Source: Burkholderiales bacterium (GTDB lineage: Bacteria; Pseudomonadota; Gammaproteobacteria; Burkholderiales; SG8-39). Taken from it: DNA of 47,281 nucleotides. The stretch's first letter is position 1. Every line of letters begins with the position of its first letter. Shown here in pieces: positions 13,681 through 23,072 of the stretch. Below the pieces are notes generated by a model. It was not told where the DNA came from. It did no database searches and was given only the letters and a program-made list of their open reading frames with translations. Location: the NCBI GenBank assembly GCA_035542795.1, contig DATKKT010000102.1:1-47281 (forward strand). Direction: 5' to 3'. Both the position numbers and the translations under genes were made by a program.

Positions 13681-14373
13681 ATGTTCAGCGATTTCGATTT
13701 CGACGTCATCGCGCGCTCGCTCGAGTTCCTTTTCGTCGACGGCATGAGCTTCACGATCACGCTGACGCTGCTCGCGATGAGCGGCGGCATCGTCTTCGGC
13801 ACGCTGCTCGCCATGATGCGGCTCTCAGCGTTCACGCCGCTCTCGATGGTCGCCAGCGGCTATGTGAACCTGATGCGCTCGCTGCCGCTGGTGCTCGTCA
13901 TCTTCTGGTTCTACTTCCTCGTGCCCTGGATCGGAGGCTGGGTGACGGGCGCCGGACAGACGATCCAGGTCGGCGCGTTCCTGAGCGCGGTCATCACCTT
14001 CACCATGTTCGAGGCCGCGTACTTCTGCGAGATCATGCGCGCCGGCATCCAGTCGATCCCGCGCGGGCAGGTCTCGGCGGGCTATGCGCTCGGCCTCGAC
14101 TACTGGCTGACGATGGGCAAGATCGTGCTGCCGCAGGCCTTCCGCAACATGCTGCCCGTGCTGCTCACGCAGACCATCATCCTGTTCCAGGACACCTCGC
14201 TCGTGTACGTGATCTCGGCGACCGACTTCCTCGGCGCCGCCGCCAAGGTCGCCAACCGCGACTACCGCCTGGTCGAGATGTACAGCTTCGTCGCGGTGGT
14301 CTACTTCGTGATCTCGTACGGCCTGTCGTCGCTCGTGAAGCTGCTGCAGGCCCGCATCGCCATCATCCGCTAG
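13681..14373 (+). CDS. gltK: Glutamate/aspartate ABC transporter permease
   Basis: [37 protein letters not shown]. Second permease of the operon. Confidence 0.88.
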   Translation: MFSDFDFDVIARSLEFLFVDGMSFTITLTLLAMSGGIVFGTLLAMMRLSAFTPLSMVASGYVNLMRSLPLVLVIFWFYFLVPWIGGWVTGAGQTIQVGAFLSAVITFTMFEAAYFCEIMRAGIQSIPRGQVSAGYALGLDYWLTMGKIVLPQAFRNMLPVLLTQTIILFQDTSLVYVISATDFLGAAAKVANRDYRLVEMYSFVAVVYFVISYGLSSLVKLLQARIAIIR

Positions 14374-14383
14374 GATCGCCGAC

Positions 14384-15112
14384 ATGATCGTCATCAAGAA
14401 CGTCAGCAAGTGGTACGGCAGCTTCCAGGTGCTCACCGACTGCTCCACCGCGGTGCAGAAGGGCGAGGTGGTGGTGGTCTGCGGTCCCTCGGGCAGCGGC
14501 AAGTCGACGCTCATCAAGTGCGTAAACGCGCTCGAGCCCTTCGAGAAGGGCGAGATCACCGTGGACGGCGTGTCGGTGGGCGACCCGAAGACGAACCTGC
14601 CCAAGCTGCGCTCGAGGATCGGCATGGTGTTCCAGAACTTCGAGCTGTTCCCGCACCTGTCGGTGACCGAGAACCTCACGCTCGCGCAGGTCAAGGTGCT
14701 CGGCCGCACGCCCGAGGCGGCGCGCGACAAGGGCCTCAAGCTGCTCGACCGCGTAGGCCTCCTCGCGCACAAGGACAAGTTTCCCGGCCAGCTCTCGGGC
14801 GGCCAGCAGCAGCGCGTCGCGATCGCGCGCGCGCTGTGCATGGACCCGATCGCGATGCTGTTCGACGAGCCGACCTCGGCGCTCGACCCGGAGATGATCA
14901 ACGAGGTGCTCGACGTCATGCAGCAGCTCGCCCAGGAAGGCATGACGATGATGGTGGTGACGCACGAGATGGGCTTCGCCAAGCGCGTCGCCCACCGCGT
15001 GATCTTCATGGACGCGGGCAAGATCATCGAGGACGCCACCAAGGCCGACTTCTTCGGCACGCCGCGCTCCGAGCGCGCGCAGCTGTTCCTCTCCAAGATC
15101 CTGCACCACTGA
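14384..15112 (+). CDS. gltL: Glutamate/aspartate ABC transporter ATP-binding protein
   Basis: Walker [10 protein letters not shown], signature [14 protein letters not shown], Walker [12 protein letters not shown]. Confidence 0.92.
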   Translation: MIVIKNVSKWYGSFQVLTDCSTAVQKGEVVVVCGPSGSGKSTLIKCVNALEPFEKGEITVDGVSVGDPKTNLPKLRSRIGMVFQNFELFPHLSVTENLTLAQVKVLGRTPEAARDKGLKLLDRVGLLAHKDKFPGQLSGGQQQRVAIARALCMDPIAMLFDEPTSALDPEMINEVLDVMQQLAQEGMTMMVVTHEMGFAKRVAHRVIFMDAGKIIEDATKADFFGTPRSERAQLFLSKILHH

Positions 15113-15135
15113 ACCTGCGCCTGCTGCTCGCCGTT

Positions 15136-16206
15136 GTGCTGCTCGCCGCGGGCGCGGCGCTCGCCGCGCCGCCCGAGGCGGCGCGCTTCTTCGCCTGGCC
15201 GCTGGATGAGCCCGCGCTCGAGGCGCGCGGCGGCAGCACGCGCGGCGTGCCGGTGACGCTCGACGCCGCGCCGTCGGAGGCCTGGCGGAAGCTACGCGAG
15301 CCGGGCCTGAGCGAGCACGAGCGCGACCGGCGCGCGATCCTCGCGATGGCCGGCCCCTACCGGGTCACCTTCGACTTCCTCGAAGTCGTGCGCTTCGATG
15401 CGGCGCGCAAGGCCGACGCGCCCTACCAGAGCTGGGCGACCGAGTTCGTGTTCGTGGCCGAGGACCGGCCGGATTTCATCGCGCTTCAGCACGTGCTCGT
15501 GATGCGCGTGCTTCTCGAGGGCGGAAAGGAGAGCGCGCCGATCGTGCAGCGTCACTGGCGCCAGGAGTGGCGCTACGAGGCCGAGCGCCTCCTCGCCTAC
15601 GAGGGCGCCAATACCTGGGCGCCGCGGGCGCTCGCCGAACCCGAGCGCCGCGGCGCCTGGGTGCAGAGCGTCCTGCAGGTGGACGATTCGCCGCGCTACG
15701 CCGCGCGCGGCCGCTGGCGGCACGGCGAGGGCGTCTCCACCTGGATCAGCGACGAGACCTGGCGGCCGCTGCCGCGGCGCGAGTTCAGCGTGCGCAAGGA
15801 CTACCAGATGCTCGCCGGCACCAACCGGCACAGCATCACCCCGGGCGGCTGGGTGCAGGAGGAGAACAACGTCAAGCTCGCGCTCGCCGGCGACGCGCCC
15901 GGCGGGCGGCGCGTCCTGGCCCGCGAATATGGCGTGGCGCGCTATGAGCGCATCCGCGACTATGACTTCGGCCCCGCCGAGCGCTATTTCGCCGCCACCG
16001 AGCCCTTCTGGGCTGAGGTGCGCGCGGCCTGGCGCGAGGCCGCCGAGGCCGGTCGGTTCACGCTGCGCGCGCAGCCCGACCAGGGCGGGTTGTTCGCGGC
16101 TTTTTTCGAATATGCAGGCAAGCTCGCCGCGGGCGCCGCGTTCGACCGCGACGCGGCGCGCGCCTTCATCCGCAGCACGCTGCGCGAGCGCTATCTCGCG
16201 CCCTGA
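15136..16206 (+). CDS. Conserved hypothetical exported protein (start uncertain)
   Basis: The Trp/Arg-rich, non-repetitive translation (WRQEWRYEAERLLAYEG..., DDSPRYAARGRWRHGEGVSTWISDETWRPLPRRE) looks like a real protein. The first canonical start in frame is GTG 15136. CTG 15115 would give a complete signal peptide, MRLLLAVVLLAAGAALAAP. Confidence 0.6.
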   Translation: MLLAAGAALAAPPEAARFFAWPLDEPALEARGGSTRGVPVTLDAAPSEAWRKLREPGLSEHERDRRAILAMAGPYRVTFDFLEVVRFDAARKADAPYQSWATEFVFVAEDRPDFIALQHVLVMRVLLEGGKESAPIVQRHWRQEWRYEAERLLAYEGANTWAPRALAEPERRGAWVQSVLQVDDSPRYAARGRWRHGEGVSTWISDETWRPLPRREFSVRKDYQMLAGTNRHSITPGGWVQEENNVKLALAGDAPGGRRVLAREYGVARYERIRDYDFGPAERYFAATEPFWAEVRAAWREAAEAGRFTLRAQPDQGGLFAAFFEYAGKLAAGAAFDRDAARAFIRSTLRERYLAP

Positions 16207-16233
16207 TTTGCCGAGACAAGGAGAAGGAAGACC

Positions 16234-17112
16234 ATGAGCACGGTGGCATTCATCGGATTGGGCGCGATGGGCTCGCGCATGGCGATGAACCTGCATTCCG
16301 CGGGGCATTCATTGAGGGTTTTCAATCGAAGCAAGGAAAAGACCAAGCCGTTCGCCGACAAAGGCGCCGTCGTCTGCAGTTCGCCCGCGGAGGCGGCGAA
16401 GGGCGCCGAGTTCGTCTGCTCGATCGTCTCCGACGACGTCGCCACGCGCGAGGTGATGCTCGGGGCCTCGGGCGTGATCGGCGCGGCGGCGCCGGGCACG
16501 ATCGTCCTCGATTCCAGCACCAACACGCCGGCGATGGCGCGCGAGGTGGCCAGGGCGGCAGCGGCCAAGGGAATCCTCTATCTCGACGCCCCCGTGTCCG
16601 GATCGCTCGCGCAGGCGCAGGGCAAGGAGCTCGTGATCCTCGTCGGCGGCGACAAGGCGGCCTTCGACAAGGCGCTGCCGGTGCTGGGCGCCATGGGCAA
16701 GATGGTGCGGCGCATCGGCGACGCGGGCGCGGGCGCGACGCTGAAGCTCATCAACAACATGATGTCCGCCTCGCTCACGGCCGCGATCGCGGAGGCCGCG
16801 CAGATGGCCGAGGCGGCGAACCTCGATCGCGACGCGTCGCTCGAGGTCCTCAGCGAGGGTGCCGCGGGCTCGCGCCTCATGAAGACCAAGCTGCCGAAGA
16901 TCTTCAAGCGCGACTTCTCGCCGCAGTTCCAGCTCGAGCTCATGGACAAGGACCTGCGCTACTTCCTCTCGCTCGCGCAGGAGCTCGACCGGCCGGCGCC
17001 GATCGCCTCGCTGGTGCGCAGCCAGTACCAGGCCGCCAGGCGCGCGCAGCTCGGCAAGCTCGATTCCTGCGCGGTGTTCCTGCAGGCCGCGGGCGAGCCG
17101 CCGAAAGCCTAG
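16234..17112 (+). CDS. NAD(P)-dependent beta-hydroxyacid dehydrogenase (3-hydroxyisobutyrate dehydrogenase family)
   Basis: Rossmann motif VAFIGLGAMGSRMAMNL, with GGAG upstream. Length is 292 aa. Confidence 0.88.
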   Translation: MSTVAFIGLGAMGSRMAMNLHSAGHSLRVFNRSKEKTKPFADKGAVVCSSPAEAAKGAEFVCSIVSDDVATREVMLGASGVIGAAAPGTIVLDSSTNTPAMAREVARAAAAKGILYLDAPVSGSLAQAQGKELVILVGGDKAAFDKALPVLGAMGKMVRRIGDAGAGATLKLINNMMSASLTAAIAEAAQMAEAANLDRDASLEVLSEGAAGSRLMKTKLPKIFKRDFSPQFQLELMDKDLRYFLSLAQELDRPAPIASLVRSQYQAARRAQLGKLDSCAVFLQAAGEPPKA

Positions 17113-17945
17113 CGCCGCTCCACGCGCTTCAGCATCTCCTCCGGAATGCGGAATTCCGGATAGCGCTTGCGGAACTCGGCGAGCGCCTTGTCGGCCTCAT
17201 CGTGCCGGCCCTCGGCGCGCAGCCGCGCGATGCGCTCGAGCTCGTGCTCGGGCGTCTCGACCGCGGTCTTCGGAGCCGGCTCCGCCGTCGCTCTTGCGGC
17301 GGGCGCGGGCGCGGCCCGTGCGGCCGCCGCCGGCTCGGCCGGCGCGCGCTTGGCGAGCGCGGCAGCGGCCTGCGGCGCGCGCGCCGCGGCCTCGGCGTCG
17401 CGCGCGACGCGCTCCTCCTCGCGTCGTAGCGCCGAGTCGCGGTAGGGCGTCTCGGCGCCGCGGCCGGCATACCTTCTCGACGCCAGCTCGCCGGACGCGG
17501 CCGGCGGTAGCGGCACCGCCGGCGCCTGCGCCACGCCCGCGCCGGAGACCGCCGCAGGCGCGCGATCGGATCGCGCTTCGGCGAACGGCTTCGGCTCGGC
17601 GCGCCGCGCCGCGGGCTTCCGCGCCGGCTTTTCAGCCAGCTTGAGCTGGTCCTCGACCTTAAGCTTGAGCGTCTCCGGCTGCGCCTCCTGCGGCGCGGCC
17701 GGCGCCGCCGCGGGCGGGGCCTGCGGGGTCACGAGCTCGGGCTGCTCGTGCTGCAGGCGCAGGGTGACGACGACCGAGAGCACCACTACCGCAGCGAGCG
17801 AAAGCGGCACGGCCCAGCGCCCGGACCAGGACTGAGCGGGGCGGCGCGCCGCGGCGAGAATCGCGTCGTCGACCGCGCGCGAAGGTTCCTCCGGGCCGAG
17901 CGCGCGATAGGCGGCAGAGACTTTCGGATCGTGCTCGTCAGCCAT
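17109..17945 (-). CDS. Membrane-anchored anti-sigma factor
   Basis: It overlaps the 3' end of the ECF sigma gene by 8 nt. A short cytoplasmic N-terminus is followed by a single TM (WAVPLSLAAVVVLSVVVTL) and an Ala/Pro-rich periplasmic region. Confidence 0.7.
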   Translation of the reverse strand: MADEHDPKVSAAYRALGPEEPSRAVDDAILAAARRPAQSWSGRWAVPLSLAAVVVLSVVVTLRLQHEQPELVTPQAPPAAAPAAPQEAQPETLKLKVEDQLKLAEKPARKPAARRAEPKPFAEARSDRAPAAVSGAGVAQAPAVPLPPAASGELASRRYAGRGAETPYRDSALRREEERVARDAEAAARAPQAAAALAKRAPAEPAAAARAAPAPAARATAEPAPKTAVETPEHELERIARLRAEGRHDEADKALAEFRKRYPEFRIPEEMLKRVERR

Positions 17946-18477
17946 CGCCCAATGCCTCTTTCAGCTTGGCGAACGCATAGCGCAGCCGGCTCTTGGCGGC
18001 CTCCTCGTTGGCGCCGGTCGCGCTCGCGATCTCGGCAACGCTCATTCCCGCCTCCTGGTGCAGCAGGAACGCCTCCCGCTGCGCCGGCGGCAGCGCCGCC
18101 AGCGCGCGCGCGAACCGCTCGAGCTCCTGCTTCGCCTCGACGATCCTTTCCGGCTCGAAGCCGGGATTCGCGGCGAACTCGCTCTCGGTGTCGAGCGCGA
18201 CGACCTGCAGTCCCTTCTTGCGCCAGTGATCGACGAGGCGGTTGTGCGCGATCGTGTACAGCCAGGTGATGAATTTCGCCTGGGGCTCGTACCGTCCGCG
18301 CGCCTCGATCGCCCGCATCCAGACCTCCTGGTACAGCTCCTCGGCGACGGCGCGGTCGCGCACGCTGCGCGACACGAAGCGGAACAGGCCGCCTCGATGC
18401 CGCCGGTAAAGCTGCTCGAACGCGCCGGCGTCGCCCCGGCGGTATGCGAGCATCAATTCTTCGTCGCCGCCCCCCAT
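17938..18477 (-). CDS. ECF (group IV) RNA polymerase sigma factor
   Basis: Region 2 (FEQLYRRHRGGLFRF...AEELYQEVWMRA...TWLYTIAHNRLVDHWRKK) and region 4 (REAFLLHQEAGMSVAEIASATGANEEAAKSRLRYA). Confidence 0.9.
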   Translation of the reverse strand: MGGGDEELMLAYRRGDAGAFEQLYRRHRGGLFRFVSRSVRDRAVAEELYQEVWMRAIEARGRYEPQAKFITWLYTIAHNRLVDHWRKKGLQVVALDTESEFAANPGFEPERIVEAKQELERFARALAALPPAQREAFLLHQEAGMSVAEIASATGANEEAAKSRLRYAFAKLKEALGDG

Positions 18478-18488
18478 CCCCTCCTAGT

Positions 18489-19256
18489 TTACGCGGGCGG
18501 ATCCGGGACGAAGCCCGGGAACGGATTGGGCGCCGGGCGCGGCGCCGGCGCGACCGCGCAGGGCGCGGCCCAGCGCGGCAGGACGCCGCGCGCGAGCAGG
18601 TTCGAGCAGCTGTCGTAGTAGATCACCACCGTCTCCGCGGGCTCGCTCGAGGCGCGCTCGAAGGCTACGTAGCGGGCATGGGAGGTCTCGTCGCGGCCGT
18701 GACCGGTACCCAGGGGCGCTTCAGCGGGACGCGATGCCGCGGCGCCCGCCGCGTCCGCGCTGCGTTTTTCCAGCCTCGAGAAAGGTTGCGAGAGGGCGGG
18801 CGCAGGCTCCGGCGCTTTCCTCCGAAACAGCGCCACGCCGATCGCGCCCACGTTGTCCGGGCGGCCGGTGCGCGCGGCGTAGGAGTCGCCGAGCGAGGTG
18901 AAGTAGAAAGCCGCGGTGCGCGCGAGGCTCTTGCGCCAGCCCTTCACCTCGAGCCCGCGCCCGGGCGAGAGCACGTAGCCGCTCTGCTGCACCGTGGCGG
19001 TCTGGCCGGTGATCACGTTGACGCCGTCCACCGAGAACACGGCCAGCAAGTCCTCGCCCTGGCGGCTGCGCAGCGTAAGCTGGTACTCGTTCCCCGGCCT
19101 GCCGACGACGTAGGCGCGGCCCTCGTGCCAGTACACCGGCAGCAAGCGGCCCTCGCTGCGGTCGTAGACGCCGAGGTCGGCGAGCCCCCCGACGGCGAGG
19201 GCGGGCCCGGCGAGCGCCGCGAGCAGCACGGCAAGTCCCAATCGCGACTGTTTCAT
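18489..19256 (-). CDS. Hypothetical exported protein, first gene of the ECF sigma operon
   Basis: Signal peptide MKQSRLGLAVLLAALAGPALA, GGAGG 6 nt upstream of the ATG, and an 11-nt gap to the sigma gene. Confidence 0.7.
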   Translation of the reverse strand: MKQSRLGLAVLLAALAGPALAVGGLADLGVYDRSEGRLLPVYWHEGRAYVVGRPGNEYQLTLRSRQGEDLLAVFSVDGVNVITGQTATVQQSGYVLSPGRGLEVKGWRKSLARTAAFYFTSLGDSYAARTGRPDNVGAIGVALFRRKAPEPAPALSQPFSRLEKRSADAAGAAASRPAEAPLGTGHGRDETSHARYVAFERASSEPAETVVIYYDSCSNLLARGVLPRWAAPCAVAPAPRPAPNPFPGFVPDPPA

Positions 19257-19363
19257 GACGGTTCCTCCATGGCTGGTGGCTATGGAGGATTGAACGGGCC
19301 GACGGCGCGAAGGGGTTACGCCGGCATGGCGTAAAATGCGCGCCTTTTTCAGCAGAAGAATCC

Positions 19364-19729
19364 ATGAAGAGCAACTACGATTGCAGCAAGTGCCCCGGCT
19401 ACTGCTGCAGCTACCCCCTGATCGAGGTCACGCGCGCCGACATCGCGCGCCTGGCGAGGCACCACGGTCTCGCCTACGAGGACGCCGAGGAGCGCTTCAC
19501 GCTCTACGACCGCGAGGAGAAGGTGCGCGGCCTGCGCAAGCGCAAGGACGAGTATTTCGGCAGCGTCTGCCGCTTCTTCGACCCCAAGGCGAGACGCTGC
19601 ACGGTGTACGAGGCTAGGCCCGAGGCCTGCCGCGACTATCCCTACGCCAGGGAGTGCGGCTACTACCAGTTCCTGCGCTTCGAACGTAAACTGCAGGGCG
19701 ACCGCGAATTCGTCGCGATGACCCGCTAG
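19364..19729 (+). CDS. YkgJ-family cysteine-cluster protein
   Basis: CSKCPGYCCSY near the N-terminus, plus later CRFF...RCTVYEARPEACRDYP. Confidence 0.85.
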   Translation: MKSNYDCSKCPGYCCSYPLIEVTRADIARLARHHGLAYEDAEERFTLYDREEKVRGLRKRKDEYFGSVCRFFDPKARRCTVYEARPEACRDYPYARECGYYQFLRFERKLQGDREFVAMTR

Positions 19730-19740
19730 GAGAATCGACC

Positions 19741-20058
19741 ATGCGCCCGATGCCCGCCCTGCTCGCGCTGCTCGCCGCCGGCTGCGCGTCCACCGCGCCC
19801 ACGCCTGCCGAGAAGGTCACCGTGCACGAGTCGCGCGCGAGCGTCCCGCCGGGCTACCAGGTCATCAAGCGCGTCTGGGTGGATTCCTGGCAGAGCGCGC
19901 TCTTCGTTCCCACCTACGCTTCGCGCGAAGAGGCGGCGCAGGCGATGCGCGAGCAGGCCGCCGCGCTGGGCGGCAACGGCGTGATCAACTTCGCCTGCTA
20001 CCGCATGTATTCGGACGACTCGCTGGGCTGCAACGGCACCGTCGTGCGCTTCCAGTAG
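19741..20058 (+). CDS. Small lipoprotein
   Basis: Lipobox in MRPMPALLALLAAGCAST. Confidence 0.7.
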   Translation: MRPMPALLALLAAGCASTAPTPAEKVTVHESRASVPPGYQVIKRVWVDSWQSALFVPTYASREEAAQAMREQAAALGGNGVINFACYRMYSDDSLGCNGTVVRFQ

Positions 20059-20061
20059 CCG

Positions 20062-21750
20062 CTAGCGTTTCTTCAGCGCCGCGGCGCGCAATCCCGAGAG
20101 GGTCGCCGTAGGCGTGATCGCCTCGGGGTCGATCCTCAGTTCGACGACGGCTGGCTTGCCCGAAGCCACGGCGCGCTCGAACGCGGGCGCAAACTCGGCG
20201 GTGCGCTCCACCGTCTCGCCATGGCCGCCGAATGCGCGCGCGTAGGCGGCGAAATCCGGATTTTTCAGCTCCGTGCCGCTCACTCGCGCCGGGAACTCCC
20301 TTTCCTGGTGCATGCGGATCGTCCCGTACATGCCGTTGTTCACCACCAGCACCACGATCGGCGCGCCGTACTGCGCGGCGGTAGCGAGCTCCTGGCCGTT
20401 CATGAGGAACTCGCCGTCGCCCGCGATCGCGACCACGGTGCGCCGCGGATGCAGGATCTTCGCCGCCACCGCCGCGGGCACGCTGTAGCCCATCGAGCCG
20501 CTGGTGGGCGCGAGCTGCGTGCGCGCGCCGCCCCGCCAGCCCTTGTAGCGGAAATGGCGGTGCAGCCAGCTCGCGAAGTTGCCCGCGCCGTTGGTGACGA
20601 TCGCGTCCTCGGGCAGGTTGTCGGAGAGCCAGGCGATCACCTCGCCGTAGTGCAGCGCGCCCGGCATCGGCACGGGCTTGTTCCATTCCAAATAGCTTCT
20701 GTGAATGTCCTTTGTATTTTCGTTCCAATTCGAATGCAAATTCAAAGACGAGAGCGCAAGAACAAACTCTTCGTAGTTGGAAACGATGGGCAGCGTCGCC
20801 TGATAGACGCGCCCGAGCTCCTCGGCGCCCGCGTGCACGTGCACGAGCTTCTGGCGCGGCACCGGCACCTCGAGCAGCGTGTAGCCGCTCGTGGTCATTT
20901 CGCCCAGGCGCGCGCCGATGACGAGCAGCAGGTCGGCTTCCTTCACGCGCTGCGCGAGCTTCGGGTTCAGGCCGATGCCGACGTCGCCCGCGTAGCAGGC
21001 ATGCCGGTTGTCGAAATAATCCTGGCAGCGGAACGAGGCCGCCACCGGGACGCCGGTGCGCTCGGCCCAGGCGCGCAGCGCCTCGATCGCGCGGCTCGTC
21101 CAGCCGCCGCCGCCGACGAGGACGAGCGGATTCTTCGCCGCGCCGAGCAGGCGCTCGAGCTCCTGCAGATCGGCGGGCGCCGGCGCGGCCTTCGGCGCGC
21201 GGTAGCACGGCGCGTCGGCCACCGCGGCCTCGGAGAACAGCATGTCTTCGGGCAGCGCGAGCAGCACCGGGCCGGGGCGGCCCGAGGTCGCGACGTGGAA
21301 CGCGTGGCTCACGTACTCGGGGATGCGCTCGGCGCGGTCGATCTGCGACACCCACTTGGTGAGCGGCCCGTACATGCGCCGGTAGTCGATCTCCTGGAAC
21401 GCCTCGCGCTCCACGAAGTCGTTGCCGACCTGGCCCACCAGGACGAGCATCGGCGAGGAGTCCTGGAACGCGGTATGCACGCCCACCGAGCCGTTGGTGG
21501 CCCCCGGGCCGCGCGTGACGAAGAGCACTCCGGGCTCTCCCGTCAGCTTCGCGTAGGCCTCGGCCATGTACGAGGCGCCTCCCTCCTGGCGGCAGATCAC
21601 GAACTTCAGGCGCTCCTTCAGGTCGTGCAGGCCGTCGAGCACCGGCAGGAAGCTCTCGCCCGGCACTCCGAACGCCGCGCGCACGCCGTGGCCGGCGAGC
21701 GCATCGGCGAGGATCTTGCCGCCGTGGCGTGCCTTGAGATCGGACTTCAC
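20062..21750 (-). CDS. Thiamine-pyrophosphate-dependent enzyme, acetolactate synthase-like
   Basis: From GTG 21750: KILADALAGHGVRAAFGVPGESFLPVLDGL, GPGATNGSVGVHTAFQDSSPMLVLVGQV, and the TPP motif GDGEFLMNGQELATA...VVNNGMYGT. The GTGA overlap couples it to the upstream esterase gene. Confidence 0.88.
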   Translation of the reverse strand: MKSDLKARHGGKILADALAGHGVRAAFGVPGESFLPVLDGLHDLKERLKFVICRQEGGASYMAEAYAKLTGEPGVLFVTRGPGATNGSVGVHTAFQDSSPMLVLVGQVGNDFVEREAFQEIDYRRMYGPLTKWVSQIDRAERIPEYVSHAFHVATSGRPGPVLLALPEDMLFSEAAVADAPCYRAPKAAPAPADLQELERLLGAAKNPLVLVGGGGWTSRAIEALRAWAERTGVPVAASFRCQDYFDNRHACYAGDVGIGLNPKLAQRVKEADLLLVIGARLGEMTTSGYTLLEVPVPRQKLVHVHAGAEELGRVYQATLPIVSNYEEFVLALSSLNLHSNWNENTKDIHRSYLEWNKPVPMPGALHYGEVIAWLSDNLPEDAIVTNGAGNFASWLHRHFRYKGWRGGARTQLAPTSGSMGYSVPAAVAAKILHPRRTVVAIAGDGEFLMNGQELATAAQYGAPIVVLVVNNGMYGTIRMHQEREFPARVSGTELKNPDFAAYARAFGGHGETVERTAEFAPAFERAVASGKPAVVELRIDPEAITPTATLSGLRAAALKKR

Positions 21751-22694
21751 TTGCTCCAGGCCTTCCTCAGCGCCGCGGCGCAGCCGGCAAGCGCCGTGTT
21801 CGCGGTGTCGAGCACGCGGCCCATGGTGATGAAGCCGTGCACCATGTCGGCGTAGTTCTTGTACTCCACCGGCACGCCCTCCTTGCGCATGCGCTCGGCG
21901 TATTCCCTGCCTTCGTCCACGAGCGGATCGAAGCCCGCAGTGAGCACGAAGGCGGGCGGCAGCTTGGCCAGGCTCTTGGCGAGCAGCGGCGAAGCGCGCC
22001 AGTCGAGCCAGTCCTTCGCCTCCGGCAGGTAGTGACCGCGGAAGTAGTGCATGCTCTTCTCGGTGAGCAGGTAGCCTTCGCCGTTGCGCTTGATCGAAGC
22101 GTGCTGCATGCGCTGGTCGACGCCCGGGTAGATGAGCAGCTGGAACGCGATCGCCGGCCCGCCGCCGTCGCGCGCCATGAGCGCCATCACCGTGGCGAGA
22201 TTCCCGCCCGCGCTGTCGCCGCCGACGGCAATTTGTTTCGCATTTGCGTTGAAGGACTTTGCATTCGAAAAAACAAACGAAAGAGCGGAAAAGCAATCGT
22301 CCACCGCCGCGGGAAACGGCGCTTCGGGCGCCTTGCGATACTCGACCGAGAACACCGCGCAGCGCGCGCCGTTGCACAGCGTCCGGCAGACGACGTCGTG
22401 GGTATCGAGATCGCCAATCACCCAGCCGCCGCCGTGGAAGTAGACGAGCGCGGGCAGCACCTCGTCCTTGCCCGCGCCCTTCGGCCGATAGCCGCGAATG
22501 GGCACCGGTCCGGCCTTGCCCGGCGCCATCAGCAGCTGCACCGACTCGACGGCTGGTGGATCCGGCGTGAGCGCGCCGCGCGAGTCGCGGTACAGCCGCC
22601 GCGCCACCGCGGGCGGCACCTCGTAGTACGGCGGCAGCGGCGATTGCGCGACGCGCTCGAGGACCGCCGCGACCTGCGGGTGCACGCCGCTCAT
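21747..22694 (-). CDS. Alpha/beta hydrolase fold-3 esterase/lipase (HSL family)
   Basis: HGGGW oxyanion motif (LVYFHGGGWVIGD), nucleophile GDSAGGN, and C-terminal DMVHGF. The ATGA overlap couples it to the upstream NIPSNAP gene. Confidence 0.88.
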   Translation of the reverse strand: MSGVHPQVAAVLERVAQSPLPPYYEVPPAVARRLYRDSRGALTPDPPAVESVQLLMAPGKAGPVPIRGYRPKGAGKDEVLPALVYFHGGGWVIGDLDTHDVVCRTLCNGARCAVFSVEYRKAPEAPFPAAVDDCFSALSFVFSNAKSFNANAKQIAVGGDSAGGNLATVMALMARDGGGPAIAFQLLIYPGVDQRMQHASIKRNGEGYLLTEKSMHYFRGHYLPEAKDWLDWRASPLLAKSLAKLPPAFVLTAGFDPLVDEGREYAERMRKEGVPVEYKNYADMVHGFITMGRVLDTANTALAGCAAALRKAWSK

Positions 22695-23032
22695 TTGACG
22701 GCGGCGAGCATCTTCTTCAGGCGCTCCACGAAGAACGGCGCGCACTTCATGATGCGCGCCTCCTGCGCGACCATGAACGGCCGGTTCTTCGCGAGATAGA
22801 CCGGCCAGTCCGGGTCGGCCTGCATCGCCGCGCGGCATCGGTCGCGCTGATTGAGGTCGTCGTAGGCCCAGAGGTGGACCACCTTGTTCAGCTCGCCCAC
22901 CTCGGTGACGTAGTAGCCGACCATGTGCGGCAGATGGCGAAGCTGCACCTTCATGCCGAATTCCTCGTAGTTCTTGAAGTACTGCGCCGCGGTGCCGACC
23001 TGCAGCGTGTACACGCGCTCTTCCACGTACAT
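22691..23032 (-). CDS. NIPSNAP-family protein
   Basis: The 113-aa protein starts MYVEERVYTLQVGTAAQYFKNYEE and contains VVHLWAYDDLNQRDRCR, typical of NIPSNAP dimeric alpha-beta barrels. Confidence 0.85.
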   Translation of the reverse strand: MYVEERVYTLQVGTAAQYFKNYEEFGMKVQLRHLPHMVGYYVTEVGELNKVVHLWAYDDLNQRDRCRAAMQADPDWPVYLAKNRPFMVAQEARIMKCAPFFVERLKKMLAAVK

Positions 23033-23072
23033 GGTTCGCTCCTCCGGGATGGAGTTCGATTATAGTGGCCGC

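Noticed and set aside
20690-20770. Short A+T-rich patches inside otherwise G+C-rich genes: here, and at about 22225-22300, 36480-36530, 7000-7070, 16300-16340 and 26040-26110. These were considered as insertion scars or embedded small RNAs.
   Set aside because: The reading frames continue uninterrupted. The patches encode loop-like segments rich in Lys, Asn, Phe and Glu (for example LHSNWNENTKDIHRSYLEWNK). No flanking repeats or terminators were seen.
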